A stretch of DNA of 64,000 nt. It comes from Octopus vulgaris. Taxonomy: Eukaryota. Below, piece by piece: positions 1 through 14,228 of this stretch. A program made the position numbers and the translations under genes. The stretch spans positions 70,122,001-70,186,000 of the forward strand of contig OX597831.1 of NCBI GenBank assembly GCA_951406725.2, given 5' to 3'. The notes below the pieces were generated by a model that worked only from the letters and a program-made list of their open reading frames with translations, searched no databases and was not told where the DNA came from. The first letter of the stretch is position 1. Each line of letters begins with the position of its first letter.

Positions 1-2
1 TC

Positions 3-290
3 TCATTTAACTGAACCAAGAAGCATACCAGGAAATGATATCAGAGTATTGTTTTTCATATGATTTTGTTAGCTGTTGTCGGTCTACCACCAACTCAGAG
101 GTCCCAGTCCTTTGAGTGATTTTGACACTGATATTTGCAGAAGCCTGCTCCAGAGAGAAAACAATATTGACAGTGAAGATGCAAATAATATTCTTGCCAA
201 GAAAGTACAATAAGTGAAAGCATCAGTAGTTCCAGAATTGGTTCCTTTTAACAATAAAACCCACCACTAACTGGTGTAAGATGGATGGTT
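3..290 (+). pseudogene. piggyBac-type transposase C-terminal relic, truncated by window start
   Basis: Frame 3 reads SFN*TKKHTRK*YQSIVFHMILLAVV, resembling the piggyBac/PGBD motif RTKKWY.RIFFH..D.AVVN. After a frameshift it reads ...DICRSLL...SVVPELVPFNNKTHH, resembling VP..VRFDN..HWP. Multiple stops. Confidence 0.6.
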
Positions 291-941
291 AAAGCTGTCA
301 AACAAAATTTATTTATTCCATGTATCAGGTGTATCTGTGTGTGGCAAAAGGTAGAGAAACCTTTTCCTGAAATTTTCATGGAACTGCTTTGTGCTTGTGT
401 ATTTCATTTTAGCAATCACGTAACATACATTTGCTCTTAGAAAGGAAAGTTTCTTTCGACTTTTTTTTTATTTTTGTTCCTCATGTAAATTTAAATGTAC
501 AAAAATTAATATCCTATTTTCATGATTGCAAACAAAACCCAGTACTGACTTTTTGTTAGTTTTGATCTAAATTGCAACCTATATAGGTCACAGGTCTTAT
601 AGGGTTAAAACACATAGAAGCATTTGATTTTTTATATTCTGACATGAAAGGAAGTTATAAAACCAGTTATAAACATTTAATGTTTGTTTACTTTGTATTT
701 TGAGGTGTCTCATATACATGAACACACATGAACATGCATACATACACACATTTGTAAATACATGCATGTGTGTATGTACACGTATGTGTGTGTGCATGTG
801 TGAGTGTGTGTGATGTTTTTAGGTACATATTTTTACATTAGACCCACCCTTCAAACATAATGGCTTGTATCAATGTTGAGGAATTATTATTTGTGTCATT
901 TCACAAAAGAAAAAGAAAACTGATACACCTCAATATATATA

Positions 942-2191
942 AAGGGGTTGGACAAAATAATGGAAACACCCAACATCATAATTTTGAAATATCTATAAAA
1001 CCATCAATACCATGTTTATTTTTATGTTTTTTTTTATTTATTATTAGTATTGCTTAATATGTTTTGCTAAAATTGCTGTTTCTTTTCACATATCATCAGA
1101 AAAAGGTAATTAAAATTCATGAAAAGGACAGATCTATCAAACTTTCAAAGAGGTGAACTTGATGGTGCTCGTATGGCAGGTGCTAGCATAATGAAAACAG
1201 CTGAAATGTTTGGTGTATCAAGAAGTACTGTCTTGAAAGTAATGACAGCCTTTGAGAAAGAAGGAAAAACGTCCTCGTCAAAACATAACTCCAGAAGAAA
1301 ACCGAAACTTTCAGATAGGGACCGTCAGATTCTTATGCAAATTGTTAGAAAGGATCACAAAAGTACTGCAGAGCTTAATGACCACCTCAAGAACCCAGTT
1401 TACAAAAAAACTGTTCACTGGGAGCTGCACAAAGCCAGATTTCATGGGAGGGCTGCAATAAAAAAAACCACTACTTTCAAAAACAAAAGTTGCAAAGCAT
1501 TTGGAGTGGAATAAAAACCTACAGAATTGGTCCCTAGAGCAGTGGAAGAATGTTATTTTCTCAGACGAGTCATCCTTTACCTTACTTCTGACCACCAGCT
1601 GAGTATTCGTGTGGAGACAGTCAAAAGAAGCATTTGACTCAGACTGCCTTCTTCCAACTGTCAAACATGGGGGAGCATCTGTGATGATCTGGTGGGCTAT
1701 ATCTTGGAAATCTGCCAGCCCTATGGTTTCCCTTCATGGCAGAATTAATAGTCAAGACTATTTAAGCATTTTATCTGATCAAATTCATCCTATGGTTGCG
1801 GAACTGTTTCCAGAAGGAAACACAATCTTTCAGGATGATAATGCACCAATTCACACAGCTAAAAATGTTGCTGAATGGCAAGAGGAACATTTGTGTGAAG
1901 TTGAACATCTTATCTGGCCACCACAGTCCCCAGATCTCAATATTATTGAACATTTATGGTGCATTTTAGAAAAGCAAGTAAGGAGTTGATATCCCCCATC
2001 ATCATCACTACAAGTACTGGAGACAGTTCTAGCTGAAGAATGGACAAAAATTGCTTTGGAAACAATTCAAACTTTGTACGAGTCCATACCTCATAGAATT
2101 CAAGCAGTAATTACTGCCAAAGGCAGTCCTACCCTATATTGAAATAAATTTGCTTGAAATTCTAAGGCGTTTCCATTATTTTGTCTAACCC

Positions 2192-2194
<3 letters not shown>
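942..2194 (+). mobile_element. Tc1-like DNA transposon, near full length (~1.25 kb), DD36E spacing
   Basis: TIRs aaggggttggacaaaataatggaaacacc (942-970) and ggcgtttccattattttgtctaacccctg (2166-2194), TA on both sides, transposase inside. Confidence 0.95.
1119..2142 (+). pseudogene. Disrupted Tc1-like transposase
   Basis: N-terminal HTH (ORF 1119-1514), frameshift near the A-run at ~1460-1468, motifs FSDES, FQDDNAPIH and SPDLNIIEHLW. In-frame TGA at ~1600 and 1987 (probable CGA>TGA); ends ...AKGSPTLY* at ~2142. Confidence 0.92.
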
Positions 2195-2251
<57 letters not shown>

Positions 2252-3104
2252 ACTACACAAATTATCTTTTTTTTTAAATTTATTTTTGCTACCTGTTTTG
2301 TAACAACTTAATATGTATTTTCATTGTATGAATGAAAGAGCCCTAGTGGCAATAATGTAGAAAAGATTATTGTTATTTTTAAAATGGCAGCACATATAAA
2401 ATCCACTCTGGCTTTATGCCAGTAAGGCCATTTAAAAATCACACACACTTTTCCAAATGAATGGTCTAAATTTGCAACATTTTCTGAGAGCAACAAGACA
2501 CCCGCTGAAATTGTTATTCTCATACTCTGAGCACAGAATGGGCTATATGTTCATTCCAAATTTTACTTCGTATTATTTTAATTTTATTTTGTAACATAGC
2601 TAAATTGCTTTTTAAACAAGCAGGTAGTGGATATAACAGAATGTGTATCTTAGGGTATCTGAGAAAAAATGGTTGAATATAAGATGATAACAGGAACAAA
2701 GGTAAGCTAAACAAAATCAGTGGGCTACTGTCAGGACAATTGTAGATTAAGTCAATGCCACTGAAAATTTTTATCAGTTTTATCATCACTTTTACTTTGA
2801 TAATTGAAAATGAGAGAAATTCTTGCATTCTAGTTGAAATACTTTAAATATTTCAGTTTATCTTTCTTGAAGTAAAAACATAACCATAGAAATTAGTTTA
2901 CCTATCATAAAATCAATACTAATAACACAGAAAGGTTAATCTAATAATCTCCTTCCTTTCGTTATTTTCAAAAGAAAAAGTTGGCCTTATGTCTATTGAA
3001 ATATAAAAAATAAAAATCTTTATTGTTGTATTACCTGTCAGACAGCAAAATGTCACTGACTGTCTCTACTCTTCAAACTCTTTATCTCATGAAAAAGCAA
3101 TATA

Positions 3105-4368
3105 CAAGTGTGGGCTGAACAGTTCATAGGCTGTCTGTGAACTAAATGATGCTAGAACTGTGAAATCTTGCATACATTAATTTCATCTCTACTTCTTAAT
3201 AAATGCATTGTTACTTTTCAGGTAAACTGACACTTGACTGTTCAAAGAAGGCTTCAAAACTAGCTGCTAGCGACTTCTTTTGAAAATCTGGTACCAGTAG
3301 AAAAAAGTGCTTTGCCCCCAAGGACATTTATGATCACAAGCTTGCTACTCTAGGAAATGATGCCCCAGCTTTATCAACAGTGCAAAAGTGGGTAGCTGAA
3401 TTTAGGAAGGGAAGAGAGTCTTGAAGATGACTCAAGGTCTGGATTCTGGACTTCCTGCAACTGCCATCACCGAGGAAAACATTGATCATGTTCACATCAC
3501 ATGGTTATAGATGACAGGCGATTGGCAATAAATCAAATAGCCAATGCTATTAGCATATGCTGTAAGAGAGTTGAGAATATTCTGCATGATGAACTTGGCA
3601 TGTTGAAGGTTTCTGCTCAGTGGGTGCCACACCTTCTGACATCTGATCAGAAGCACATGAGGTCACAGGAAAATCTGACATTGTTTGAGACGGATCCAGC
3701 TGGTTTCCATGAACATTGCCTAATCCAGGATGTGTTGGGTTCATCACTTTGAATGAGAGATCAAGAGACAATCCATGCAGTGGTAAACACTCTTCTCACC
3801 AGCTCCAAAGTTGGCTAAGGTGGTTTCATCTGCAGAGAATGTGATGGCCTCAGATTTTTAGCATGCAAAAGGCATTGTGGTAATTGACTATCTTGAAAAG
3901 GAACACAAAATCAACGAAGAGTACAATGCCAACTTTCTGAGAGTTGTTAAGAAAGGCTATCAAGACTAAACACTCAGGAAAACTGAAGAAAAGGGATCCT
4001 GTTTCATCAGGACAATGCACCAGCATGCAAGCATTTGCTTTCAATGGCTGTTGTGCATGACTGTGGCTTTGAACTGGTTGACTGGACTTCTTATTCTCCT
4101 GGTTTGGCCCTCATCTCATTATAATCTGTTCCCCAGCATGAAAACACTAGGATGAGGACCAGTATTGCAGTGTTGATAACATATTTGCTGTTGATGATGC
4201 TTCTGAGCAACAAGATGAAAGCTTCTTCACCAATAAGGTTCATGCATTGCAACACTGATGGAAGAAGTGTGCATATCACAAACGGAACCATTTTGCAAAA
4301 TAAGCCTCATTTAGTCACATTTTATGAAAATATCTTGGTCAGCCCATGAACTTTTGAGCCACCCCTCA
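3105..4368 (+). mobile_element. Decayed mariner (DD34D-type) transposon
   Basis: Degenerate TIRs caagtgtgggctgaacagttcataggctg and cagcccatgaacttttgagccacccctca. Motifs WVPHLLT, FHQDNAP and YSP(G)LA..Y.LFP; many frameshifts. Confidence 0.88.
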
Positions 4369-5269
4369 TTCATCAAATTTCTATAATTTCTCACATTTTG
4401 TAAATTTGAATCGTCACAGTTTACTTTCATCTTGTTAGTTTGTAAAAATGAAAAGGAAAGCTGCCCCAGCAGGATTTGAACTCAGAGTATGAAAAGAACT
4501 CAGAGTACAAAAAAGTATATAAATGTAGTATCGAACCATCCACCCTCAATAAAACGGGATTATATAAGAATATTTAGGCGATCTACTAAAGAAATTTTTG
4601 AATCACATGTGCCATATTACAATACTGCTGTAGCTAGGGCTGGCTATTGACAGAAAATTCATGTGCCTTTTATCCATTTCCTAGTCTAATCTGTGCCTAA
4701 AATTGAACCAGTCATGTGTTGGGGCTGGTTAATTCAATTAAATCCGAGGTACCTCACTTATCATCTCATAAACAGTTGAAATAGTAGATCACACTTTCTC
4801 TCAATTTTTTAAAATTTCTTTCATTCTTTGAACTGTGACCATACTGGGGCATCACCTTCAAGGATTTCAGTTAAACATGTTGATCCTTATTTTTGTTAAA
4901 AAAACTAGTACTTACTTTAGGGATTTGTAGTTATGCCACGTATACTTGTAAAGCATTAGTTAGCCCAAGAATAAAGTAGAATAGACACACACCCTAGTGC
5001 CATACAGTGGGGTTGAACTTGAGACTAAATAATTGTAAAGTAGAGTTCTTTAACACACAGGCATGCTTTTAGTTTCAGTATGTTGCCAAACTGAATAATT
5101 TACAATGTCATGTTTCATTCTCTACATTGTAAGTTCAAAATTTACAAGTGTCTGTTATATTTCACGTTCTTCAAGGGATTGCTGAAATAAGTACCAGGCT
5201 TGTATTGGGCTTCATTCAAGTAGCTACAATCTTCAAGAAATATATGCGTTTGGGTCAATTTATCATTCG

Positions 5270-5672
5270 TTTATCTTTTACTTGTTTCAGCCAGTGGAGT
5301 GTGACCATGCTGGAGCATCATCTTGAAGGGTTTAGTCAAAAAAGTCAGCCCAGTACATATTTTTAAGCTTGCTACTTATTCCATCTATCTTTTTTGCCAA
5401 ACTGCTAAGTTACGGGGACGTAAAAAAAAACCTGGTTGTCAAGCAGTTGGGGAGGACAAACACGAAAACAAAGATACAAACACACATAAAAATCTATTGA
5501 TAAATATCTATGACAGGCTTCTTTCAGTTTCTGTCCACCAAATTCATTCACAAGGCATTTATTTACCCATAGCTATAGTAGAAGAAACTTGCCCAAGGTG
5601 CTATACGGCAGGTCTGAGCCAAAAACGATGTGGTTGAGAAGTAAACCTCTTACCATACAACTGTGCTTGTGC
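5270..5672 (-). mobile_element. tRNA-derived SINE family A, diverged copy
   Basis: Similar along its length to the better copies at 16004, 31158, 46677 and 54028. Confidence 0.75.
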
Positions 5673-5733
5673 CAATGTTGAAAAATTTTTTCCATTTCTA
5701 CTTTTCCCCCTTATCATCGTCATCGTCATCATT

Positions 5734-5767
<34 letters not shown>

Positions 5768-6735
5768 AGTTCATCATTATTGTTTTTGTTATTACAAAAA
5801 TTCAAAAGCTTGTTGAAAATTTGTCATGTTATAAAAAATTGCATATTCAGTAAGAGACTGAATGAAAATAACAAATCTAAAAGGAACCAATGAAATCTTT
5901 GGCTTTTAGATTGACATTACAGAAAATCTGAAATTTGTGTGGTAACAATGAATTTAATTTATCCGTGTTTACCATGTAACATGGCAGAACAAAGAGTGAA
6001 GAATAGCTGACATCTCACTAACGTAAATTAAAAATTTATTTACTATTCTTATCAGACCAGTAAAACTTAATCAGAAATTTAATTAATTGGCAACATCTAT
6101 TGGGATGAAATCTCACAGTATAATAGAACTTTCCTCCCTAAAACCAATTGCTTAAAAGAGAGAGAAGAGGCAGAGGGCAAGAAACAGAGAGAAAAAGATG
6201 AAGGGAAAAGGAGAAATGTTACTGATTATTGGAGTAAAATTAGAAATTTTTTCAAACTTGAGCCAATGCCATAACCATCATCATCATCATCATCATCTCG
6301 ATCACTACCACCACCACCATTCTTCCTCTGTTGGCTTCACTATTATCATTATCATCATCATCATCGTCCTCCTCCTCCTCCTCATCATCATCATCATCAT
6401 CGTCACTAGTAGTATCATTGCTGATAATAACTTATGATTGTTTGTCATGGAAATGGCTCTGGCAGCAGAGTGAATTATGGGTATTGCAGTAGTTTGGTTG
6501 GCAATTCAAAGGGAAGACTGTAAGTTCATACTGGGCAATGGCTGGTTCATTCAAGAATCGTTAATGCAACTGTGTTGCTAGATTCCAGAAAATTAACAAG
6601 AGACATTCAACATCTTTGGCTAATTGTCTGTGACAACGTAAGGAAGATAAAATTAAGTGTAACATAATTTGGCCCATAGATAATATTAGGTATAACATAA
6701 TTTGGCATGCAAAACTATATATATCATTTCCATGA

Positions 6736-6970
6736 AGACGGCGAGCTGGCAGAAACGTTAACACGCCGGGCGAAATGCATAGCCGTATTTCGTCTGCCGT
6801 TACATTCTGAGTTCAAATTCCGTCGAGGTCGACTTTACCTTTCTTCCTTTCGGGGTCGATAAATTAAGTACCAGTTACGCACTGGGGTCAATGTAATCGA
6901 CTTAATCCCTTTGTCCGCCGTCCTTGTTTGTCCTCTCTATGTTTAGCCCCTTGTAGGTAGTAAAGAAATA
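6736..6970 (+). mobile_element. SINE family B (Meta-domain-like core)
   Basis: Head ggcgagctggcagaaacgttaacacgccggg, B-box-like gagttcaaattcc, core gtcgactttacctttcttcctttcggggtcgataaattaagtacc resembling the MetaSINE/Sauria central domain. Confidence 0.8.
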
Positions 6971-7306
6971 TATATATATTATTTCCAGGTCATGCCAACT
7001 CTGCTCTGAGGAATCCCTGTCTATTCTGTGGGCCAATGAGAATATCATTGATAGAATTTCTGAAAGACTCCCAAGATGCTTACATGCATATAAATGCACT
7101 TTCACACAATGCAATGGGAATGAATCTGAGTAACCATTAACCTAATTAATAATCATAATTCTCCTTCAGGTATGGATGAACTAAATTCAGTTCTAACCTC
7201 CACATGCTTATAAACACCAAGTATCTATTCAACTTAATATGTGAACATATGTGTGCCGAATCACATGTACACATATGCTTATATCTTTGTGGATGTTTGT
7301 ATGGAT

Positions 7307-8134
7307 ACTCTTTACTCTTTTACTCTTTTACTTGTTTCAGTCATTTGACTGCGGCCATGCTGCAGCACCGCCTTTAAATCGAGCAACTCGACCCCGGGAC
7401 TTATTCTTTTGTAAGCCCAGTACTTATTCTATCGGTCTCTTTTGCCGAACCGCTAAGAGACGGGGACGTAAACACACCAGCATCGGTTGTCAAGCAATGC
7501 TAGGGGACAAACACAGACACACAAACACACACACGCATATATATGGTGGAAGCACTCCGTCGGTTACGACGATGAGGGTTCCGGTTGATCCAAATCAACG
7601 GAACAGCCTGCTCGTGAAATTAACATGTAAGTGGCTGAGCACTCCACAGACACGTGCACCCTTAACGTAGTTCTCAGGGATATTCAGCATGACACAGAGA
7701 GGTGACAAGGCCGGCCCCTTGAAATACAGGTACAACAGAAACAGGAAGTAAGAGTGGAGTGAGAGAAAGTTGAGGTGAAAGAGTACAACAGGGGTCGCCA
7801 CCACGCCCTGCCGGAGCCTCGTGGTGCTTTAGGTGTTTTCGCTCTATAAACACACACAACGCCCGGTCTGGGAATCAAAACTGCGATCCTTCGACCGCGA
7901 GTCCGCTGCCCTAACCACTGGGCCATTGCGCCTCCACACGCATATATATATATATATATATACATATATATGACGGGCTTCTTTCAGTTTCCGTCTACCA
8001 AATCCACTCACAAGGCTTTGGTCGGCCCGAGGCTATAGTAGAAGACACTTGCCCAAGATGCCACACAATTGGACTGAACCCGGAACCGTGTGGTTTGTAA
8101 GCAGGCTACTTACCACACAGCCACTCCTGCGCCT
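7307..8134 (-). mobile_element. SINE family A interrupted by a nested family C SINE
   Basis: Family A tail at 7307-7544 and head at ~7970-8134 flank the insertion. Confidence 0.88.
7545..7935 (-). mobile_element. tRNA-derived SINE family C, nested, with 14-bp TSD
   Basis: Head ggaggcgcaatggcccagtggttagggcagcggactcgcggtc on the minus strand. TSD acacgcatatatat at 7531-7544 and 7936-7949. Confidence 0.92.
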
Positions 8135-8447
8135 ATTATGTATTTGTTTCTAGTTTGCAACTGTTATTTTTTATTGTTGATCTTCTATATAAATGAAACT
8201 ACATATTTTAAGTTGCTGCTTTTCTTTACATGAACCAAAAAGACACCTTGTGGAACAGTCATTATTTTAGTGAGTAATATCTAATTATCACCCAAAGAGA
8301 CACAGCTACACTGAAGTATTCCACCCATATTAAATATCCCATCCATGAGGGATTGATGCCTGATGGATTGAAACAATTGTAGGGATTAATAGAAATTCTT
8401 ATCTTCCATCTTACATCTCTTTCATTAACCAAATAAATATGTAGAGT

Positions 8448-8714
8448 TCTATATTTAAGAGATGAGGAATTATGTACATTATTTATAACATTTACATTAT
8501 CTACATTTGACAGATATTTATAGAACCTGGGTTCTCATTCCTAAAATATTTTTCGATGTTATTATTATATGGTGTAGAGGTTAAGAGCGCGGACTACTAA
8601 ACCCAAGATTCTGAGTTCGATTCCAGGCGGCTGACCTGAATAATAATAATAATCATAACATCGAAAAATATCTTAGGAATAAGAACCCAGGTTCGAAATT
8701 CTTCCAAGACACCA
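8448..8714. repeat. tRNA-like segment enclosed by ~40-bp inverted repeats, possibly a Penelope-type terminal repeat derivative
   Basis: Inverted arms 8523-8562 and 8655-8694 flank tggtgtagaggttaagagcgcgg...gagttcgattcc (A/B-box-like). Confidence 0.55.
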
Positions 8715-9784
8715 CAATTTCTTAATTTGTAAATTTTTACAAATTTTTTTTTATCCATGTAGAAAATACAGAGATTACGAATCTGGGAAATATATATGTA
8801 TGTGTAAGTAGCACTCACTCGGTCTCTCTCCCTCTGTCTCACAATCACACATCTTTTATATACACATACATAAATACATATGTATACAGCATTTTTATAT
8901 ATATTTGTGCATGTGCATATGCATGTGAGAGAGAGAGTGAGTGACTGTATGGATGTATTTTAAGGTACTCACTCATATAAAACATGTGATATTGTTGTTG
9001 TTGTTGTGCTATAAAATATTTACGATAGTTGACTTATAGAAAAGATTATAATGTAAGATTTTGTAATGCAAATATGTAAATGAAAATAAAATTTATTTGG
9101 TTGTCATGAGATTACTGAATCTTTTGATACTCATACGTCAGAATCAGCAACTCAGTTTTTGAATGCATAAGGAAGCTATGCACACACACACGCACGCACA
9201 TACAAACTCTCTTTTATATATGTATAGAAGTGTCCCTCTCTGTTGTTCTCTATGTCTGTCTCACATTTCCTGTGTGTCTACCTCTTCCTGTCTCCTCCCC
9301 CTCCTTTATGTCAGCCACCCTCATTATGCCACATTTCCCTGAACCTAAAACCTTGGCACCCCTCTCATTTTATCATGTAATAGCCCAACCCCTATAGTTG
9401 ATCCATTATCGATTTTTATTGAAATCCAGTTAGCCTGTAATTGAACAGGATGTTAGTACAACATGTGTACAAAGTTTGGAGAAGATTGGCTCCCTGGTTT
9501 GGGCAGCAAGATAGACAGACAGAAATTGCCATTTATACATGATATATATATATATACTAACAATTTAATAAATAAAACATATGCTTACATACATATATGT
9601 ACATACCTACATATATATGTATATATACATGCATAAATGGGTACAGGACACCACAAATAAATGTAGAACACAACGAGAAATGAAAACATAAAAACAAAAC
9701 ATGGAAACAGACTTTTTTTAACAACAAAAAAACAGAGTACAAGACATATATATATATACAAATATATATATATATACATTATCA

Positions 9785-9824
<40 letters not shown>

Positions 9825-10949
9825 CATTATATATATATATACACAGGCACATACATATATACTCATATATATACATACACATATATATACATATGCATAC
9901 ATTTATTTATATAAATATACATATATATGTATACATATATGTGAATATATATAAATATATATGAATGCATATGTAAGTATGTGTGTAGGTATGTATATGT
10001 ATTTGCATATATAAAATATGCTTTCCACCTCATGCATACAGTACTACTATGACAACTATTCAGTACCAATTAAACTAAATTTAGCATATAACATTTAATA
10101 ACATGTATAAGTAAGAATGAATGAATAACAGTGAAACCCATTAAGCTGCAGTAACTGGGAAATCATCAGATTGAAACAAAACAAGATACGAGTTGCAGAC
10201 CTAATATAATGAACAATATTCCATGCTTGAATACGAGCATATGGGGAATGATTTTCCTACATATATTCTAGGAAATGCTGTTAAATTACATCTTATATAA
10301 TTGATGCTACTAAGTTACAGTTTGTTGCATAAATCTTCCATGTTAATTGAGTGGGATCTCACAAAAGTAGGCAAAGTCTGCTGAAATTTCAATCTGAAAT
10401 TGGTTCCTTTTTAGCATCTTGTTTTTGTATTACCTAACAGAATGTCTCATATCACCCACTATATTCATCTCATGACATCCTCATGTGACAGCTCACTAAC
10501 TTCAAACTTTCTAGTCATAGAGATTTATTTTCATCTATTTCACACATTTTCTTGTATAATACTAGTAATTTTGTAATGTTCACTCTAGGCTGCGACACAT
10601 CCTGTTACTGGAATCTCTCTCTACATCTTATTCCAGATCTGTCCTGATATTGCTTCAGGCAGAAATATTTCCTAACAAATAGTTTGCTGTGTTTGTCATT
10701 AGTGCTTAGTTTCATCAGAAGTTCGAATAAAAATCCTTGCTATTGACATATTTATTTTTAGAATGTACTACTTATTGTCAAATTAGCTAAGATGCTAACA
10801 AGCTGAAAATACTATGCAATTTACTGGCGAGGATGTGTATATCCTCCTCATTACTAACAATTTAACCAGTTTTTTTGCATATGTATGTGTATCTGTGAAC
10901 CTATGTTTGTATAAAGGTATAAAATTTTTACAGTATTATCTATGCACAT

Positions 10950-11029
10950 ATTTACACACACACACACACAAGAAAAGCATATATATACATGTGTGTGTGT
11001 GTATTTATATACATATATATATATATATA

Positions 11030-11074
<45 letters not shown>

Positions 11075-11095
11075 GTGTATGTATATATATGTATA

Positions 11096-11144
<49 letters not shown>

Positions 11145-11600
11145 GCACAAACAAACACACACACACACACATTCATATATATATATATATGTGTATGTAT
11201 GTGTGTGTGTATGTATACGTATGTGTTGACATAAAAAATATATGTGTACACATGCACACACATGCACACACATATGAGTAAATCTATGGTAGATGTATTT
11301 GTGCATACGTGTGTAGTTTAGGGAAACAATATGAGACAAGCTCATTAATTTACAATTTCATTTCATGAAGGATCACACAATTTGGTTTATTAGTCTGCAT
11401 GGAAGTTTGAGACAATAAAATGTGCGGAATACGTGTGTACGTATGTTTGTATGTATGTATGTATGTATGTATGTATGTATGTATGTATGTATGCATGTAT
11501 GTATGTATGTGTGTGTGTGTATGTATTTATGTATGTATGTATGTGTGTGTGTATATATGTATATATGTATGTATGTATGTATGCATGCATGCAGCTACAT
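10950..11600. repeat. Compound (TA)n/(CA)n/(TATG)n microsatellites
   Basis: Directly visible; they generate the YI/CV/MYVC pseudo-ORFs. Confidence 0.95.
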
Positions 11601-12399
11601 AAATAGAAGCAGTTCTCATGACTTGACTGTTCAACTTCCATCTCTACACAAGTTTAGTGTGTACATGTTTACAGGTAATTCTTCGCATTCATTTGCTTTA
11701 CTTCTGTATTTTTCTGACTTTCAAATTCTTTAGGACTGTGTACATGAACAATGCCAACACAGCCATACTCATACATGCAAACACCCTACCACTCATGTGT
11801 GTGTGTATTTTTTCAGCCCCTTCGCTGAACTAGACTACATCTCTCATGTGCTATGCTTGTCTCTCCTCCCACCTCCTGCAGCCCAACACTGCCTCGTCAA
11901 CATTGCTGTCCACCCACTCCCCTATTTACCTGTGCTCACTCCTTACTGCATCTCCTTTCTACTTCCCTCTTCCACCACCCTTCTTTTACACTCCCTATTC
12001 ACTCACCCTGTATCACTCCACTTACATTCACCTCTTTGTACCATGATTGTACACACCCCAGTACATCTTCCTTTTTCCTCTCTCACTTTTCTCTCTCTCT
12101 CTCTATTTCTTACTCTCTCTCTCTCTCTTTTCCCCCTCCTTATCTCTCTTTCTTCCTGGAGTAACCATGTACCTCCTGGAGAGAAAGACACCTGTTTCGG
12201 CCCCTCTCTCACCATTTAGTCTCTCATCGCCAGGCACAAGGCTGCCTCCCTCAGTACCATTCTCCCTCTCAGTCAAGAAGTCTTAATTTTACAAATTACT
12301 TGGTGACCTCCCTGTTGTTGGTACCATGGAAAAAGCATCCAGTACATTGTAAAAGTAGTTGGTGTTAGGAAGGCCATCTAGCTGTAAAAACCATGTCAT

Positions 12400-12660
12400 T
12401 TTGAAAGCTGTCATTTAAAAAAAAAATTAGGAAAATCCCTGAAAAACTTTTCTCCACAAATTTTTTTATAATCGTAATCTATGCTGTTTGAAAGGGATTT
12501 GTACAAACTTTAATTAAAAGATACCCATCGTATGAATTTTCCAAAACTCCTCACTTCACCCCCTTGGAAAAATTCTTCCTCATAAAGCCCTATATACTCT
12601 GAAGCCACAACATCTAAGCGGTATTTGTAGAAACTTTTGTTAAAAAGTATCCATTTTTCT
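12400..12660. mobile_element. Unclassified interspersed repeat fragment
   Basis: Reverse-complement similarity to 20056-20265 (aaaaattaggaaaat.cctgaaaaa.ttttc.ccacaaattt...tttgaaagggatt). Confidence 0.6.
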
Positions 12661-14074
12661 GGATGTCATGAGGCAACAAATCTGGGGACTTATACATCTG
12701 TAGTAATGCCTTTTTATTTATACAGGTTTTTCATTTCGTGTTTATTTCACTCATTGTTTACAATGTTCTCTCTCCCTCCCCTCTCTCTCTCTCTCACACA
12801 CTGCAAAGCTTACAGAAGGGCTGCTGAATTGAAATCTCTATGTTGCTTTCAGGGGAAGGTAAAACGAGACAAACTGCTTTTCCCTCCATTGTTGGACTAC
12901 CATGATGTTTGTTTAAAAAGGAGAGATTATGACTGTGATAAAATAATGAAAGTAATATTTACTAAGCAAGTGAGCACTATTATTAAAAGAAATAATTAGA
13001 CATAAAATATAAAAATCATTAGAATTGGGAATCAAATGTGAAAATATTATCAAGGGGCTAGCAGTCTTTCTGCTTCTTTATATATATATAATTGTAGAGT
13101 GATAGATATGTATGTACTCAAGTGTGCACATATGTATGAAGATATGTACATTCACACATATCTATGTATGTATATACAGTATGTATATGTGTAAGTATCT
13201 GTTTGAGAAATTTATATTAACCTGGAAATCTAGGTCTTTAAAAAAGAAATGCAAGCTTTTCTGAAATTTTTCCAAATTAATGTAAATTCTAACTGTGAGT
13301 ATTAAACGTCAAGTAAACTGTGCAGTGAGATTCTACACTTCATATATAAGCAATGCAATCATCCTACGAACATAATCAATAATTACCTAAAAAATATTTC
13401 CTTGAATTTATCTAAACAACCACACATGAACAATTTTAAACTTTTGAAATTATTGCCATGAATCCCTTATCTAGCAACCTTGAAGATAAACTACAATAAA
13501 TTGGAAAACCACAAAGTCCCAAAGAAAAAGAAATACAATGTTGTTTATTCAGCTACAAAGCCTATTTCGAATTATATCTGTAGTTAAAACATTCTTCTGT
13601 ATACACACTCTTCCGCAGGTTGAGTGTAAACATCATGAAATATTTTTTAAATATGTATTAAGTTATACTTTTTTACACAGATCTTCATATAAAATTTATT
13701 AGATACAACTGGACTCACCATAACACTAGCTTAACTGACAATAAGTGTAAATTTAAAGATCTTGTGTACCAAGTTACTTCTGAGACAATAACCTAGCTAT
13801 GTCGTACACTGACCTTAACATGAATCCATTAATTTCACAATACAACCAGCATCCTACAACTATCACAATCAGAATGACAGTAAGGGCATGTCCCTTTTGA
13901 ATTTTTCACAAAACTAAAATTGAAAGTTATTAACCATATTCTAAAATAGAGGAACTTTTCTTTACTAAGTATTTATTTTATTGTCCATAATTATAACCAA
14001 AATCTCCTGTATGCTAAAATATTTTTACTTAGGCACCACTCAGAATACTCATCTTCTTGGCTACACAGTATATG

Positions 14075-14133
<59 letters not shown>

Positions 14134-14228
14134 ATGTTTGTATATATACACACATGCACACATATACACAAACATATATATATATATGTGTGTGTATATA
14201 TATATATATTTTTAAAAATATATTATGT

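Noticed and set aside
7-210. Minus-strand 67-aa ORF as a host exon
   Set aside because: The plus strand explains the region better as a piggyBac transposase relic.
9557-11733. Many 60-160 aa ORFs rich in YI, CV, HT and MYVC
   Set aside because: (TA)n, (CA)n and (TATG)n repeats lack stop codons. The same applies at ~18, 28, 29.4, 34.5, 40.5 and 62.3 kb.
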